Source: Bryobacterales bacterium
Lineage (GTDB): Bacteria > Acidobacteriota > Terriglobia > Bryobacterales > Bryobacteraceae
Reading direction: 5' to 3'
Assembly (NCBI GenBank): GCA_003166865.1
Contig: PMUP01000025.1
Location: 240,094 to 304,093, forward strand
DNA length: 64,000 bases
Shown: positions 9,314 to 22,022 of the stretch, in pieces
Layout of the letters: each line of letters starts with the position of its first letter
Position numbering within the stretch: position 1 is the stretch's first letter
Translations under genes and position numbers: made by a program
The notes under the pieces: model-generated
What the model was told of the DNA's origin: nothing
The model's input: the letters and a program-made list of their open reading frames with translations, nothing else
Database searches by the model: none

Positions 9314-11064
9314 TAAACCAGGTAGCGCCCGGAAGTAAGAAGCCGCTCGGCGATCCGGCGGCGTGCTGCGATGGCGTTCACCGGCTCGAACTTGGTGAAG
9401 CGCTTGAGGACCGCGAGATTTGTCCGCAAGGTGTCGCCTTCCGAGCAGGCCGCGAGAACGTTACGGGCCGCGCTTTCGACAATCTCCATGGCTTCACGGA
9501 GGAAGACAGCAGAGATATCCGCCGCGATCTCGTCCCTGTGGAGTTGCGCAAGCTTCCGGGCGCGCAGCTCAACAGACTCCATCACGAAGGCGTTCATCGC
9601 GATGTCCGTAATCGAGGCCAGCACTTCCTGCTGGTCGTCGAGTGCCGCTGCATACTTCTGGTACGCAACGCCTAGCGCGAAGAGCGCCGTCTTCTTCGCG
9701 TTGTCGACCAGGCCCGTCGACACCGGGCCGGACAGAATCTCGGCTTGCAGCTTCTTCACGGCCTCCACCAGCGGCAGTTGGCCGCGCTGGGCGCGTTTCA
9801 GCAATATTCCGGTGGCGAGCAGCCGGTTGATTTCGTTGGTGCCCTCGAAGATGCGATTGATGCGCGAATCGCGGTAGGCGCGCTCGACCACGTAGTCCTG
9901 ATGATATCCGTAGCCGCCGTGAATCTGGACGCCCTCATCTGTGACATAATCCAACATCTCTGACGCGTAGATCTTGATGTAGGAACACTCGGCCGCGAAC
10001 TCTTCGACGGCCTTCAGCTGGGTTTGCGCGGCATCGGGCTGATCCCAGGAGAAGCCTTCGAGCTGACTTTCGATGAGGCCCACCACGCGATAGGTTGCCG
10101 ACTCAGCGGCGAAAATGCCGATCGCCATTTCGGCCAGCTTATGTTGGATGAGGCCGAACTCGGCGATGGATTTGCCGAAGGCCTTGCGCTCTTTGGCGTA
10201 GTTGATGGAGACGCGCAGCACTTCCTTCGCGCCGCCGCAAACGAAGGCGCCCAGTTTCAGCCGGCCGATATTGAGGATGTTGAAGGCGATGATGTGGCCG
10301 CGGCCGATTTCGCCGAGGACGTTCTCCACCGGGACGGGCACGTTGTCCAGATAGATGGCGGTGGTGGAGCTGCCTTTGATGCCCATCTTCTTTTCTTCGG
10401 CGCCGGACGAGACGCCGGGAAATTTGCGCTCGACCAGGAACGCGGTGAATTTCTCGCCATCGATTTTCGCGAAGATGGTGAAGAGATCAGCCGCGCCGCC
10501 GTTGGTGATCCACATCTTCTGGCCGTTGAGGATATAGTGCTTGCCGTCCGGGCTCAGATCGGCGCGCGTGCGCGCAGCCAACGCATCCGAACCCGCCTGA
10601 GGTTCGCTGAGAGCATAGGCCGCGACCAGTTCGGCGGTTGCGACCTTTGGAAGATAGCGCTGCTTCTGATCTTCGGTGCCGAATAGCAAGACGGGCAACG
10701 CGCCAATGCCGGTTTGTCCGCCGTGCCAGGCCGCATAGGAGCCGTCTTTGGCGATACCCTCGCCCACCAGCATGGCGGAGGTGAGATCCATTCCCATGCC
10801 GCCGTATTTTTCAGGAAGCAGCACGGCGGTGAGGCCGAGCTCGCCGGCTTTGCGCAGAACCGATACCGCGACGCCGGGCTCCTGATGCTGGATGGCATCC
10901 ACGTTGGGCGCGATTTCCTTGGTCCAAAACTCCTCGGTGGTGCGCACAATGGCGTGATGTTCCTCGGTGAAATCTTCGGGCGAGTAGAACTGCTCGATCG
11001 TCGTGGGCTCGGTGAGGAACGAGCCGCCCTTATGCCTGGTGGGAGAGATTGTCAAGGATGCCAT
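9313..11064 (-). CDS. fadE: Long-type acyl-CoA dehydrogenase (FadE-like)
   Basis: ACAD family sequence throughout. I chose the ATG at 11064 ([17 protein letters not shown]...), which overlaps the thiolase 3' end by 35 nt. It is the last gene of a fadN-fadA-fadE arrangement. Confidence 0.85.
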   Translation of the reverse strand: MASLTISPTRHKGGSFLTEPTTIEQFYSPEDFTEEHHAIVRTTEEFWTKEIAPNVDAIQHQEPGVAVSVLRKAGELGLTAVLLPEKYGGMGMDLTSAMLVGEGIAKDGSYAAWHGGQTGIGALPVLLFGTEDQKQRYLPKVATAELVAAYALSEPQAGSDALAARTRADLSPDGKHYILNGQKMWITNGGAADLFTIFAKIDGEKFTAFLVERKFPGVSSGAEEKKMGIKGSSTTAIYLDNVPVPVENVLGEIGRGHIIAFNILNIGRLKLGAFVCGGAKEVLRVSINYAKERKAFGKSIAEFGLIQHKLAEMAIGIFAAESATYRVVGLIESQLEGFSWDQPDAAQTQLKAVEEFAAECSYIKIYASEMLDYVTDEGVQIHGGYGYHQDYVVERAYRDSRINRIFEGTNEINRLLATGILLKRAQRGQLPLVEAVKKLQAEILSGPVSTGLVDNAKKTALFALGVAYQKYAAALDDQQEVLASITDIAMNAFVMESVELRARKLAQLHRDEIAADISAVFLREAMEIVESAARNVLAACSEGDTLRTNLAVLKRFTKFEPVNAIAARRRIAERLLTSGRYLV

Positions 11065-12250
11065 CGGAATTGTTCCTTTTGAGATTTTCGAAAATGCCGG
11101 CCGCGCCCTGGCCGCCGCCGACGCACATGGTGACCATCCCATAGCGCGTGTCCTTGCGATGCATTTCGCGCAGAATGGCGGCGGTTAGCTTGGCGCCCGT
11201 GCAGCCCAGCGGATGGCCGAGAGCGATCGCGCCGCCGTTGGGGTTCACGCGATCGAGATCGAGGTTCGCTTTGCGAATTACGGCCAGCGCTTGGACCGCG
11301 AAGGCTTCGTTTAGTTCAATGACGCCGATATCTTCGGTCTTCAGGCCGGCCAGCGCGAGAGCTTTCGGAATGGCGACAACCGGTCCGATTCCCATGATCT
11401 CGGGAGGCACGCCGGCCACAGCGAAGCTCACGAAGCGGGCCATCGGTTTGAGACCGAGCTCTGCAGCTTTCTTACTCGACATGACGATCGCCGCGGCCGC
11501 GCCGTCGCTGGTCTGCGAGGAATTGCCGGCGGTGACGGTGCCGTCCGATTGAAAGACAGGTTTCAGCTTCGCCAGCGCTTGGAGCGAAGTGTCGGCGCGA
11601 GGGCCTTCGTCTTTTGTGAATGTTCCTGTGTGATGCTGCGGGGCGCCGTTCGCAAGCGTAATGGATTCGATCGCGACGGGAACGATCTCATCATCGAACT
11701 TGCCTTCGGCCTGGGCGCGCAGAGCGTGTTGATGGCTGCGGAGCGCGAACTGATCGGCGTCCTCGCGCGTGATGCCGTATTTCCTTTGCACCTGTTCGGC
11801 GGTCAGGCCCATACCCATATAGATCTGCGGGAGATGATCCACCATCCACGGATTGGGCGCGAATTTATTGCCCGCCATCGGAATCATGCTGAGTGATTCG
11901 GCGCCGCCCGCAATGATGATTTGAGCGCTTCCGGAGCGGATGCGATCGGCCGCCATGGCGATGGCTTGCAGCCCAGATGAGCAGAACCGATTGATGGTGA
12001 CGCCTGGAACGGAATCGGGCAGGCCCGCGCGGAGAGCCGCGATGCGCGCCATATTCATGCCGGATTCGGCCTCGGGCATGGCGCAGCCGAGGATCACGTC
12101 GTCGATCTCTTGGGGTGCGATGGCAGGATGCTTTTCGAGCAGGCGGCGAATAACGAGGGCCGCGAGATCGTCGGGGCGCGTGTTACGCAAGCTGCCCTTG
12201 GGCGCTTTGCCCACCGGCGTTCGCAGACAATCGAGTATTACTGCTTCCAT
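11030..12250 (-). CDS. fadA: Acetyl-CoA C-acyltransferase (thiolase)
   Basis: 406 aa. Thiolase signatures ([11 protein letters not shown] active-site Cys region; C-terminal CVGGGQGAA). Confidence 0.95.
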   Translation of the reverse strand: MEAVILDCLRTPVGKAPKGSLRNTRPDDLAALVIRRLLEKHPAIAPQEIDDVILGCAMPEAESGMNMARIAALRAGLPDSVPGVTINRFCSSGLQAIAMAADRIRSGSAQIIIAGGAESLSMIPMAGNKFAPNPWMVDHLPQIYMGMGLTAEQVQRKYGITREDADQFALRSHQHALRAQAEGKFDDEIVPVAIESITLANGAPQHHTGTFTKDEGPRADTSLQALAKLKPVFQSDGTVTAGNSSQTSDGAAAAIVMSSKKAAELGLKPMARFVSFAVAGVPPEIMGIGPVVAIPKALALAGLKTEDIGVIELNEAFAVQALAVIRKANLDLDRVNPNGGAIALGHPLGCTGAKLTAAILREMHRKDTRYGMVTMCVGGGQGAAGIFENLKRNNSDGILDNLSHQA

Positions 12251-12260
12251 AAGGGTGGCT

Positions 12261-14582
12261 TCAGTTTCGGAGTGGTTTGCCTGTCTTCAGCATATACTGC
12301 ATCCGCTCCTGAGTTTTCGGATTGCCGCACAGGCTGAGGAAAGCTTCGCGCTCCAGATCGAGCAAATATTGTTCGGAGACGGTCTGCGCGCTGGAAAGCC
12401 TGCCGCCGCTCAAAACGTGCGCGAGCTTTTCAGCGACGATCACGTCGTAGTCGCTGATGAAGTTGGCTTGACGAGCGGACCATGCGCCGAGCTTCATCAG
12501 GGCGTAGGCGCTTTCGCCCGACACAGGGATGCCCACGGGCGCGCCGGGCGAATAGTTGGGAACCAGCGACAGGGCGAGCGCTTTGGCGTCGCCGATCAGG
12601 CGCTCGGGATTCATCGAGATGGAGTCGGAGCGATGGAGCAACCCGAGCTTGCGGGCGTCTTCGGCGCTGGTGGAAACCTTGGCATAGCCGATCAGGTCGA
12701 AGATGCGGAGAGGGTCTTTTAGCCGAGCGAGCAGCTCCTTACAGCCGCCGGCGCCGGGGATCAGGCCGACGGCCACTTCCACCTGCCCCAGGTAGGTTTC
12801 AGCCGACGCTTGAGCGCGCGTGCAATGCAGGACGAGCTCGCATCCGCCGCCGAGCGTGCGGGAAAACGGAGCGGCCACTACAGGTTTAGCCGCATACTTC
12901 AGCGCCATGTTCATTTGCTGAAACCGCTCGATGGCGAGATTCAAGTCGTCCCATTCGCCCTCTTGCGCGGCCAGCAGCACGAGCATGAGGTTGGCGCCCA
13001 CGCTGAAGGTCTCTTCCTCGTTGGCGATGATCATCGCCTCGAAGTTGCGGTTGGTTTCCTCGAGCCCGGCCTGCAGCATGCCGATGTTGTCCTCGCCGAG
13101 CGCGTTCATTTTGCTATGGAACTCGACGCATAGCACGCCGTCGCCCAGGTCGATCAAAGAAGCGCCTGCGTTCTCGAACACGACGCCGTGCGTGCGCTTA
13201 CGGTCGTGAAGCGTAAAGATGCCGGGACGCGGCTCGATCGGCTGATAGCCGTTGGAGCGGAAATCAAAATATTCCGTTACCGGGCGTCGTGGCTCCGGAG
13301 GCCGGTAGAGAGCGATGATGCCGCGTGCGAGTGCGTCCTTGATGTGCGCCGGCAACACACGGTGATCCATCTCCAGGCGCGAGACCACTTCCAGGAAACC
13401 GATGGCATCCCAGAGCTCAAAGGGGCCCAGCTTGTGGCCGTAGCCCCAGCGCATGGCGCGATCGATCTCGACGATGCGATCGGAGATCTCGGGGATCATC
13501 TCGGAGCAATAGAGGAAAAGGTCTCCCAGCACTTTCCAAAGAAAACGCCCGGCGCGGTCGTCGGAACGGAGCAGCGTGCGTATGCGCTCGCCGAGATCTT
13601 CGATATTGCGCGCCGCGTCGACGGAGGGAAAGCGCGGCTTCTGGAGCGGCTGGTATTGGAGCGTTTTCCAATCGAGCACCAGGATCTCACGGGCGTCGCC
13701 CTTGCCCACTTTCTTGTAGAACCCCTGGCCGGTCTTGTCGCCGAGCCATTTCTGCTCGATCATTTTCTTTTCGAACTCGAGCGGCAGGAAACGCTCGCGC
13801 CAGGGATCGTTCGGAACAAGTTCGTAAAGATTGGTTCCTACGAAGCCCCACACGTCCAACCCGACCAAGTCGAGCAGGCGGAAGCTGGCGCTCGAGGGGA
13901 CGCCGATGAGCGGGCCGGTGAGCGCGTCCACTTCTTCGATGCTGAAATCGTCTTCCAGCATGGTTTTGCCGATGGTCCCGCCCATGAAACTGCCGATCCG
14001 GTTGGCGATGAAGTTGGGCGTGTCCTTGGTGCGGACGACGCCTTTGCCAAGGCGGCGATCGGCGAACTGTTCCACATCGGCGAGAATGCCGGGATCGGTT
14101 TCGGGGCCCGGGATCAGCTCCATCAAATGCAGGTAGCGCGGCGGATTGAAGAAGTGCGTGCCGAGGAAGTGGCGCCGGAAGGCGGGCGAGAAGCCTTCCG
14201 AGATGGAGGCGAGCGGGATGCCGCTGGTGTTGGTGGAGAGAATCGCATCGGGCTTGCGCGCGGTTTCTACTTTGCGCCAGAGCGCGCGCTTGGCCTCGAG
14301 ATTTTCAACGATAGCTTCGATAATCCAATCGCAGCCGGCCAGCTTCGCGAGATCGTCGTCGAAGTTGCCCGGTTCGACGAGCGCGGCTTTGTCATCGGTA
14401 AAGAATCCGCCGGGACGATGCTTCAGGGCGTTCTGAATGCCTTGCAGAGCGGGCGCGTTGCGCTGGGGTTGCCCAGGAACGTCGAGAAGCAACGCCGGGA
14501 TACCTGCGTTAGCGAAATGCGCCGCGATGCGCGAACCCATGGTGCCCGCGCCAAGAATGGCAACACGATGAATGATTCGCAT
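12261..14582 (-). CDS. fadN: Bifunctional 3-hydroxyacyl-CoA dehydrogenase / enoyl-CoA hydratase (FadN-type domain order)
   Basis: 773 aa. N-terminal Rossmann GAGTMG motif. The C-terminal half is crotonase-like. Confidence 0.9.
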   Translation of the reverse strand: MRIIHRVAILGAGTMGSRIAAHFANAGIPALLLDVPGQPQRNAPALQGIQNALKHRPGGFFTDDKAALVEPGNFDDDLAKLAGCDWIIEAIVENLEAKRALWRKVETARKPDAILSTNTSGIPLASISEGFSPAFRRHFLGTHFFNPPRYLHLMELIPGPETDPGILADVEQFADRRLGKGVVRTKDTPNFIANRIGSFMGGTIGKTMLEDDFSIEEVDALTGPLIGVPSSASFRLLDLVGLDVWGFVGTNLYELVPNDPWRERFLPLEFEKKMIEQKWLGDKTGQGFYKKVGKGDAREILVLDWKTLQYQPLQKPRFPSVDAARNIEDLGERIRTLLRSDDRAGRFLWKVLGDLFLYCSEMIPEISDRIVEIDRAMRWGYGHKLGPFELWDAIGFLEVVSRLEMDHRVLPAHIKDALARGIIALYRPPEPRRPVTEYFDFRSNGYQPIEPRPGIFTLHDRKRTHGVVFENAGASLIDLGDGVLCVEFHSKMNALGEDNIGMLQAGLEETNRNFEAMIIANEEETFSVGANLMLVLLAAQEGEWDDLNLAIERFQQMNMALKYAAKPVVAAPFSRTLGGGCELVLHCTRAQASAETYLGQVEVAVGLIPGAGGCKELLARLKDPLRIFDLIGYAKVSTSAEDARKLGLLHRSDSISMNPERLIGDAKALALSLVPNYSPGAPVGIPVSGESAYALMKLGAWSARQANFISDYDVIVAEKLAHVLSGGRLSSAQTVSEQYLLDLEREAFLSLCGNPKTQERMQYMLKTGKPLRN

Positions 14583-14591
14583 GCGGGCGCT

Positions 14592-15578
<987 letters not shown>

Positions 15579-15621
15579 CCTTGACGATTATATCGGATAG
15601 TCTCTCGTACACTGGGTTATT

Positions 15622-17232
15622 GTGCGGCGGAAATCTGGTGTGAATCAGCGCAGCTTCGTTGCGAGCCTGATCTTCACGGCGGTGCTGGTTATTGCCGGCG
15701 GCTTCCTGACCTTCGACGCCTTTCGCCCCTCGCCCTTGCAGCACGCGCTGATGAACGTGGAGGGCATCGTAGCGTTGAGCTTTTTGGCGATTCTCTACGC
15801 GCGCGGCAGGGAATCTGAACTCGAGCCACCCGGCGGGGCACGAGGCTACCTGGCGGTGGCTGCGATCGTCGTCGTCGTTTCGCTGGCTTTCGCGCCGATT
15901 CTCCGGAGTCCTTTCCTCTACGACGACTACACTCACATCACGGATGCGTCCCGATTCACGTGGCGCTCCGTCGCGCTACAGTTTGGACCGGTCGCCGGGC
16001 GCGGCCTATTCTTCCGTCCGGTCGGCTTCTTCTTTTACTGGTTGAATTATCTGTGGGCGCGAGCAGACCCAGAGTGGTGGCACGCCAGCAGCATAGCGCT
16101 GCATGCGTGTTGCAGTTGCCTGACGTACGCACTGTGTCGTGAGGTTGGCGTATCCCGGCCGGCAAGCTTGGGAGGCGCGCTCCTATTTGGACTCAGCGGC
16201 GTGTCGGCGGAAGCTGTCGCGTGGATCGACGCACGATTCGACTTGATGGCAACCGCGCTGGTGCTCGGGAGTTTGATCTTTGTTTGCCGGTATGCGGCAA
16301 CGGCCCGGACTCCGTGGCTCGCGGGCGCTCTGGCGGCCGGAACCTGCGCCATGCTTTCCAAGGAATCCGGATTCTGTCTGCCATTCCTGATTGCAAGTCT
16401 GGCGCTATTCCGAGATCGAAAGGATTGGAAACGAATCGGGCGTGCCGCGAGTTTCGCGGGGGTCCTGGCAGTCGTGCTCTTTACGTATCGCTGGTGGGCG
16501 ATCGGGGGAATCGGTGGATATTCGGGTGCGGCCGGAGGGCTGAATATAGTTCGCTTCAATTTTGTTCGCACAGTGGACGCGTTGTTTCTGCGGCAATGGG
16601 CTGTTCTGTTTTTTCCCTTCAACTGGTCCACGCCGATTAGTCCGATGCTCCGGGCAGCGTTGGCCGCTACTCCTTTTGTACTTGCGGTGTGCGCGTGGAT
16701 GGCCCGGCCGCCACGTCGTCAATTGATCGGCTGTGTTGCGTTCATCATCGCAGCCGGATTGCCGGTGCAGCACATGCTGCTGATCAGTCCTGATTTGAGC
16801 GGCTCGCGAATCCTTTACCTGGGAAGCGTGGGATGGGCGTTGCTGTGGGCTGTCGTATTAGACAACATGGCGTTAGACACGATGGGCCGAACACGTCGCG
16901 TGGTGGCTGCGGCATGTGTGCTTTTGGCGCTGCAAGGTTGGATGTTGGAACACAATTTAGAAGCCTGGCGCGAGACGGCCGAGTTGGCCCGTTCGGTGTG
17001 CGTGGCATTCGGTCAAGTTGTTGCGGGCGCTCCCGGGCGTGTTGTCGTGCGCGGGCTGCCCGCGATGAGGAATGGAGCGGTCTTTTTGCAAAACGGATTT
17101 CCGCAGTGCGTGGAGATGAACACCGGAGTGCCCGAGGGGCGGATTCAAATGCAGGATCTGGGCGGGGAACCGGGAGTGCGAGAGTTCATATGGAGTGAAG
17201 CGCACAGCCAGATGGAAGAAGTAAGAAGGTGA
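15622..17232 (+). CDS. Polytopic membrane protein, GT-C/PMT-like glycosyltransferase fold suspected
   Basis: 536 aa with many TM segments. Has a FLYDDYTHI motif near the first loop, as in PMT/TMTC-like proteins. GTG start. Family call is tentative. Confidence 0.55.
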   Translation: MRRKSGVNQRSFVASLIFTAVLVIAGGFLTFDAFRPSPLQHALMNVEGIVALSFLAILYARGRESELEPPGGARGYLAVAAIVVVVSLAFAPILRSPFLYDDYTHITDASRFTWRSVALQFGPVAGRGLFFRPVGFFFYWLNYLWARADPEWWHASSIALHACCSCLTYALCREVGVSRPASLGGALLFGLSGVSAEAVAWIDARFDLMATALVLGSLIFVCRYAATARTPWLAGALAAGTCAMLSKESGFCLPFLIASLALFRDRKDWKRIGRAASFAGVLAVVLFTYRWWAIGGIGGYSGAAGGLNIVRFNFVRTVDALFLRQWAVLFFPFNWSTPISPMLRAALAATPFVLAVCAWMARPPRRQLIGCVAFIIAAGLPVQHMLLISPDLSGSRILYLGSVGWALLWAVVLDNMALDTMGRTRRVVAAACVLLALQGWMLEHNLEAWRETAELARSVCVAFGQVVAGAPGRVVVRGLPAMRNGAVFLQNGFPQCVEMNTGVPEGRIQMQDLGGEPGVREFIWSEAHSQMEEVRR

Positions 17233-17237
17233 TCACG

Positions 17238-18869
17238 CTAAGTCGCAGGGATTTCCGGCTCGGGCGCGTGATGGCGGCGCAAGGGCACGTCGCGCAGGGC
17301 TACGTGAAGCAAAACGGCCAAGGACATAATGACGGCGCTCGCGAAAAAGATGTGTTGCAAGCCATGCAGCAGAGCAGTACGCACATTGGACAACAGCATC
17401 TGCAAGACCCGCAGCCCGCCTGGGGAACTACCGAACGCCGCAAGCAGCTTCGGGCGCATCTGCGCCAACAAAAGCGGATTGGAAAACAGCTTCAGCGCGG
17501 CGGGAGGCGTGTCGGCGGGGATGCCCGCCATGATGTCGCGATGATAGCCAGTGAGCAACACGCTCCCGAAGATCGCGACACCCAGGGTGCTGCCGATGGA
17601 GCGAAAGAACGCCGTGGAAGCGGTAGCCGCGCCCATGTATTTCCGCGGCGCAACGTTTTGGACGGCCACGGTGTAGACGGGCTGCAGCAGACCCATGCCA
17701 AAGCCGGCGACAATCATCGCGACGACCACGTCTATGCGCTGCGTGGCTTCGCCCATGCGCGCGAACAGGATCATGCCGATGGCCACCAGCACCGATCCCG
17801 AAACGGCCGCCAGTTTGTAGCTGCCCAATCGCATGTTCAATTGTCCGGTGAGGATGCTGCCCGCGACGGCGCCCATCATGAGCGGCGTGAGCAGATTGCC
17901 GGATTGCGTGGCCGATACGCCCAGCACGCCTTGCATGAACAACGGCAGATAGATGATGACGCCGAACATGCCCATGCCGAGCAGGAACACGGCAGCCGAA
18001 CACAGGCTGATGATCGGATTGCGGAACAGCGACAGCGGTATGAGCGGCTCGATGGCTTTGGTCTCGGAGCGAAGGAATACCGCGAGCATCACCGCGGACC
18101 ATGCCAGCAAAGTCTCGACGCGCACCGAGCTCCAGCCGTATTCGGTGACCCAAGTGAGCGCCAGCAGCAGTGGTACGATGCACAGGATGAGTGAGATCAC
18201 TCCCGCCCAATCCAGGCGCCGCTCCACGCCCTCCGGATGTAGTTCCGGAAATTGGAAGTAGATGGCGGCGATCGCGACCAGGCCTACTGGAAGGTTTACA
18301 TAGAAGACCGCGCGCCAGGAGATTTGATCGGTGAGCCAGCCTCCGAGTGTTGGACCGAAAATGGAAGCGAATCCCCAGGCGGCCGCAAAAAAGCCTTGGT
18401 ACTTGCCGCGTTCGGCTGGTGAGAAAACGTCGCCGATGATGGTGAATGCCAGGCCCATCATCATGCCCGCTCCGATGCCCTGGAGCCCTCGGAACACGAT
18501 CAGCTGGCTCATGCCGTCGATGGGCAGAAAGGTGAAAGTGCCGGCCGCGCCGCACAGCGCCGAGGTCAGTACGAATATCGACGTTCCTCCCAGGAAAAAC
18601 CATTTCCGGCCATACATGTCGGAGAGCTTCGCGAAGATGGGAACTGCCAGCGTGGAGGTGAGCAAGTACATCGTCGACACCCAGGGATAGCGATCGAATC
18701 CAGAGAGCTGGGCGATGATGCGCGGCTCGGCCGTGCCAACGATGGTCTGATCGAGCGCGGCTAACAATACCGCCAGCAGCAGCCCGGTCATGGTGGCAAA
18801 CATTTGCGGACGCGTGAGCCGGATCAGGCCGGAGGTATGGAATTTGGGCTCGACGGCGGAGGCGGGCAT
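17238..18869 (-). CDS. MFS transporter, DHA2 (EmrB/QacA, 14-TMS) family
   Basis: 543 aa with typical N-terminal region (LDQTIVGTA...; LSDMYGRK). Confidence 0.9.
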   Translation of the reverse strand: MPASAVEPKFHTSGLIRLTRPQMFATMTGLLLAVLLAALDQTIVGTAEPRIIAQLSGFDRYPWVSTMYLLTSTLAVPIFAKLSDMYGRKWFFLGGTSIFVLTSALCGAAGTFTFLPIDGMSQLIVFRGLQGIGAGMMMGLAFTIIGDVFSPAERGKYQGFFAAAWGFASIFGPTLGGWLTDQISWRAVFYVNLPVGLVAIAAIYFQFPELHPEGVERRLDWAGVISLILCIVPLLLALTWVTEYGWSSVRVETLLAWSAVMLAVFLRSETKAIEPLIPLSLFRNPIISLCSAAVFLLGMGMFGVIIYLPLFMQGVLGVSATQSGNLLTPLMMGAVAGSILTGQLNMRLGSYKLAAVSGSVLVAIGMILFARMGEATQRIDVVVAMIVAGFGMGLLQPVYTVAVQNVAPRKYMGAATASTAFFRSIGSTLGVAIFGSVLLTGYHRDIMAGIPADTPPAALKLFSNPLLLAQMRPKLLAAFGSSPGGLRVLQMLLSNVRTALLHGLQHIFFASAVIMSLAVLLHVALRDVPLRRHHAPEPEIPAT

Positions 18870-18906
18870 TCCTAATGTTATCCTTTTTCCCGGCGGCTTT
18901 CTTGCA

Positions 18907-19353
18907 ATGGCGACTGCAGATCCCTATTTGCGCGCGGCGATCGAACAAGCCCGAAAGAGCTTGTCGGAGGGTGGCATTCCCATCGGTTCCGTACTGATGC
19001 ACGAGGGTAAGATCATTGGGCGGGGCCACAACTGCCGCGTGCAAACCGGAAGCGCGATCGATCACGGCGAAATGAACTGCCTTCGCAACGCCGGCCGTCT
19101 GCCCGCGAAGGTTTACAGAAACAGTACGATTTATTCGACGCTCTCGCCGTGTCCCATGTGCAGCGGCGCCATCGTGTTGTACAAGATTCCGCGCGTGGTG
19201 GTCGGCGAGAACCGGACATTTCTCGGGGCGGAGGACTATATGCGGAGCCAGGGCGTTCAGGTGGACGTGGTCGAGGACGAGGAATGCATTCAAATGATGA
19301 CCGATTTCATCCAAGCGAACCCGGCGCTGTGGAACGAAGATATTGGAGTGTAG
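18907..19353 (+). CDS. CDA-fold nucleoside/cytosine deaminase (FCY1-like)
   Basis: HGEMNC (HxE) and PCPMC (PCxxC) zinc motifs. ATG at 18907 chosen (MATADPYL...). Confidence 0.85.
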   Translation: MATADPYLRAAIEQARKSLSEGGIPIGSVLMHEGKIIGRGHNCRVQTGSAIDHGEMNCLRNAGRLPAKVYRNSTIYSTLSPCPMCSGAIVLYKIPRVVVGENRTFLGAEDYMRSQGVQVDVVEDEECIQMMTDFIQANPALWNEDIGV

Positions 19354-19354
19354 G

Positions 19355-19840
19355 ATGAGCGGAGCAATTCAAACATTAGATCGAACCCTGCTTCAGGATC
19401 TGATCGAGCGGGCGCACCGCTCGCCCAGGCTGCGCATCAATCACAACTTTCATGCGTCCATGGAAGACAACCCGCATCGCTTCTTGAATGTGATGGTGAA
19501 GGGAACGTATATTGCTCCGCATCGCCATTTGGACCCTCCCAAAGCCGAAGCGTTCCTGGTTTTGGAAGGCGAGGTGGCGTTCTTCATCTTCGATGATTCG
19601 GGCAACGTGGTGCGAACGGAACTGGTGGGGCGCGATCCGATCGGGATCGATCTTCCGCCCGGCGTCTGGCACACGCTAACGCCGCTGTCGGAGCACGCAG
19701 TCTGTTATGAGGTGAAGCCGGGGCCGTACTCGGCCGCGACCGACAAAGAGTTCGCACCTTGGGCGCCGCGAGAGGACGATCCTGCCGCAGCGGAGTATCT
19801 AGAAAGCTTGTTGGCGATCATCAAAAGCACAGGTGCTTAA
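19355..19840 (+). CDS. WbuC-family cupin-fold protein
   Basis: RLRINHNFH...NPHRFLNVMVKGTYIAPHRH...EAFLVLEGE pattern. ATG at 19355 lies 1 nt after the upstream stop. Confidence 0.7.
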   Translation: MSGAIQTLDRTLLQDLIERAHRSPRLRINHNFHASMEDNPHRFLNVMVKGTYIAPHRHLDPPKAEAFLVLEGEVAFFIFDDSGNVVRTELVGRDPIGIDLPPGVWHTLTPLSEHAVCYEVKPGPYSAATDKEFAPWAPREDDPAAAEYLESLLAIIKSTGA

Positions 19841-20645
19841 TCAGGTCGACGAGCGCGTGCAGGCCGGCCGGCGCGAAGATGCTTGTGCTCTTTTCGAAAA
19901 CCTTGCCGTAGGCGACACCGGCGATGGTCGCGAGAATCATGTAGCGCCAGTTGGGCAGCGGCTGGGGTCCATTGTCGAGATGCGCGCATCCAAAGATGAA
20001 CGCCGCGACCAGTAACGTTGACGTGCTGGTTCCGAATCGTTGTGCGATCGAGTTTTGAATCAGTCCGCGGAATAGGATCTCTTCCGGAAGCGCGGTTGCG
20101 GCCAGGATAATCAGATACTGCGATCCAATGCGCGTTGCTGACGGCTGCACGGGCAGGTGAAACGGCGGCAGGAAGCCGATCACGCGCCCAAGCGCGATCA
20201 ACACTGGAGCGCATGCGGCAAAGCCGAGCAGCAGGTTGACGAAGTCACGGCCCGATCGTGGGACGTTGATTTTCATCCCGGAGAGCCTGCGGAACAGCAG
20301 AAAAATCGACAACCCGAGCAAAATGGAAACGCCGTACGCGGCAAGATGCAGCGGGTTCTGAGCTCGCTTTGGGATGAGTTGCTGGCCGACGGAAAACTCC
20401 AGAGGAAACCACAGCAGCGCGATGATCGCGAAGTCCATCCAGGTTGGTGGAGGCGTGTCCCGCGCCAGATACGCCACAGCCACTGGCAAGAACGCATAGG
20501 CCAGAATCAGGGCTGCTAGAGGAAAACTGAAGACGCCAAGCTCGGCTGCTACCGCAAGGAACCAGGCGGACAACACTACCGGGAACGCAAACAGCAATAC
20601 CGGCCGATCGTCCAGGGCATCCTGAAGATTGGGAATCAGGCGCAT
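19821..20645 (-). CDS. CPBP-family intramembrane glutamic endopeptidase (CAAX protease-like)
   Basis: EEILFRG and FGCAHL motifs in a polytopic membrane protein. Confidence 0.8.
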   Translation of the reverse strand: MRLIPNLQDALDDRPVLLFAFPVVLSAWFLAVAAELGVFSFPLAALILAYAFLPVAVAYLARDTPPPTWMDFAIIALLWFPLEFSVGQQLIPKRAQNPLHLAAYGVSILLGLSIFLLFRRLSGMKINVPRSGRDFVNLLLGFAACAPVLIALGRVIGFLPPFHLPVQPSATRIGSQYLIILAATALPEEILFRGLIQNSIAQRFGTSTSTLLVAAFIFGCAHLDNGPQPLPNWRYMILATIAGVAYGKVFEKSTSIFAPAGLHALVDLIKHLCF

Positions 20646-20719
20646 CGCTGTCCATGGTAGCTAAGCTCAGATGATTCCCCGCTTGAAACTCAGGCCGGCC
20701 CTTAGAGTACTGTCGTACC

Positions 20720-22003
20720 ATGCTGAGACTCGGTTGCCTTCTAGCGCTGCTCGCGTCCGCCTGCTCGGCTGCCACCTATTACGTGGCAAGTCAGGGCAGC
20801 GACAACAACCCTGGCAGTTCTCAGTCGCCTTGGGCCACGCTGCAACACGCCGTCGATAGCATCGCGCCCGGCGATGCCATCCTGGTCACGGCGGGAACCT
20901 ATGTTGGCTGCCGCATCGGAATTCCGGGCGGTCCGTCCTCTTCCAAAACGCTCAAGGCAGCACCCGGCGCAGCCGTCTTGATCAACGCGCCCGGCCCGGT
21001 TAATAAACATGACAGCATCATCGAAATCGAAAACTTCTCGCTCACGATGACGGATTGGGTGATCGCCGGTTTCGAAGTCGCCAATTCGCCGAATTATGGC
21101 ATCGACGTGCGCGTGACGGATCGCATCACCGTGCAGGGAAACCACGTGCATAACAGCGCCCTGACGGGCATCTTCACGGCTTTCTCGGACCACGTGCTCA
21201 TCGAGAACAACGAAACCGATCACAACAACGAGCACGGAATCTACCAAAGCAATAGCTCGACGTATCCCACCATTCGCGGCAACAATTCCCACGACAATGC
21301 GTCTGCGGGTATTCACATGAACGGCGACGTCACGGAGGCGCCGCCCAGCGGCAAGCCCACGGGCCTGGTCCAATATGCGACGGTGGAAGGCAATATCATC
21401 TGGAACAACGGAACGGCGGGAGGTTCGGGCATCAATTGCGACGGCGTGGACGACAGCCTGATCAGCAACAACCTGCTGTACAACAACCACGCGAGCGGCA
21501 TATCGCTCTATGCCATCGACGGCGCGCACGGCTCCAGCAACAATAAGGTCTACAACAACACCATTGTGATGGCGCCGAACTCACGCTTCGTGATCAACAT
21601 TCCGAACGACGGCGGCGGCAAGAAGGCGCCCGTGGGGAACATCATCGAGAACAATATTCTCTACACGCCCAGCGCGTCCGAGGGTTCCGTGTTGATTGCT
21701 GCGGACAGCGTCGAGGGATTCCACAGCGACTACAACGTCGTGGTGAATCGCTTTTCGGCGAACAATGACTCAAGCGTTATCAGCTTGGCCAAATGGCAGT
21801 CCCACGGCTACGATCTGCATTCGATCATTAGCACGCCGGCGCAGTTGTTCGTCGACGCCGCGAGCGATAACGATCAGTTGAAGCCTGGTTCGCCCGCCAT
21901 CAACGCGGGAACAACGCTGAGCGACGTGCCGACCGACATCCTGGGCGTGAAGCGTCCCCAGGGTGCGGGCTACGATATTGGTTGCTACGAGGCAATCCCG
22001 TAA
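20720..22003 (+). CDS. Secreted right-handed parallel beta-helix repeat protein
   Basis: Signal peptide (LLALLASACSA). Repeated NNxxxxNxxxGI-type beta-helix turns (HNSALTGI, HNNEHGIY, HDNASAGIH, YNNHASGISL). Confidence 0.8.
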   Translation: MLRLGCLLALLASACSAATYYVASQGSDNNPGSSQSPWATLQHAVDSIAPGDAILVTAGTYVGCRIGIPGGPSSSKTLKAAPGAAVLINAPGPVNKHDSIIEIENFSLTMTDWVIAGFEVANSPNYGIDVRVTDRITVQGNHVHNSALTGIFTAFSDHVLIENNETDHNNEHGIYQSNSSTYPTIRGNNSHDNASAGIHMNGDVTEAPPSGKPTGLVQYATVEGNIIWNNGTAGGSGINCDGVDDSLISNNLLYNNHASGISLYAIDGAHGSSNNKVYNNTIVMAPNSRFVINIPNDGGGKKAPVGNIIENNILYTPSASEGSVLIAADSVEGFHSDYNVVVNRFSANNDSSVISLAKWQSHGYDLHSIISTPAQLFVDAASDNDQLKPGSPAINAGTTLSDVPTDILGVKRPQGAGYDIGCYEAIP

Positions 22004-22022
22004 AGCGCCCGAGGGCGCGGCC

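Noticed and set aside
17428-19314. 628-aa ORF on the minus strand, the longest ORF in this stretch
   Set aside because: It is an alternative frame across the MFS transporter gene and antisense to the deaminase gene. Its R/G/H/A/P-rich composition is typical of out-of-frame reading in high-GC DNA. The MFS frame (17238-18869) and the deaminase frame have clear family signatures.
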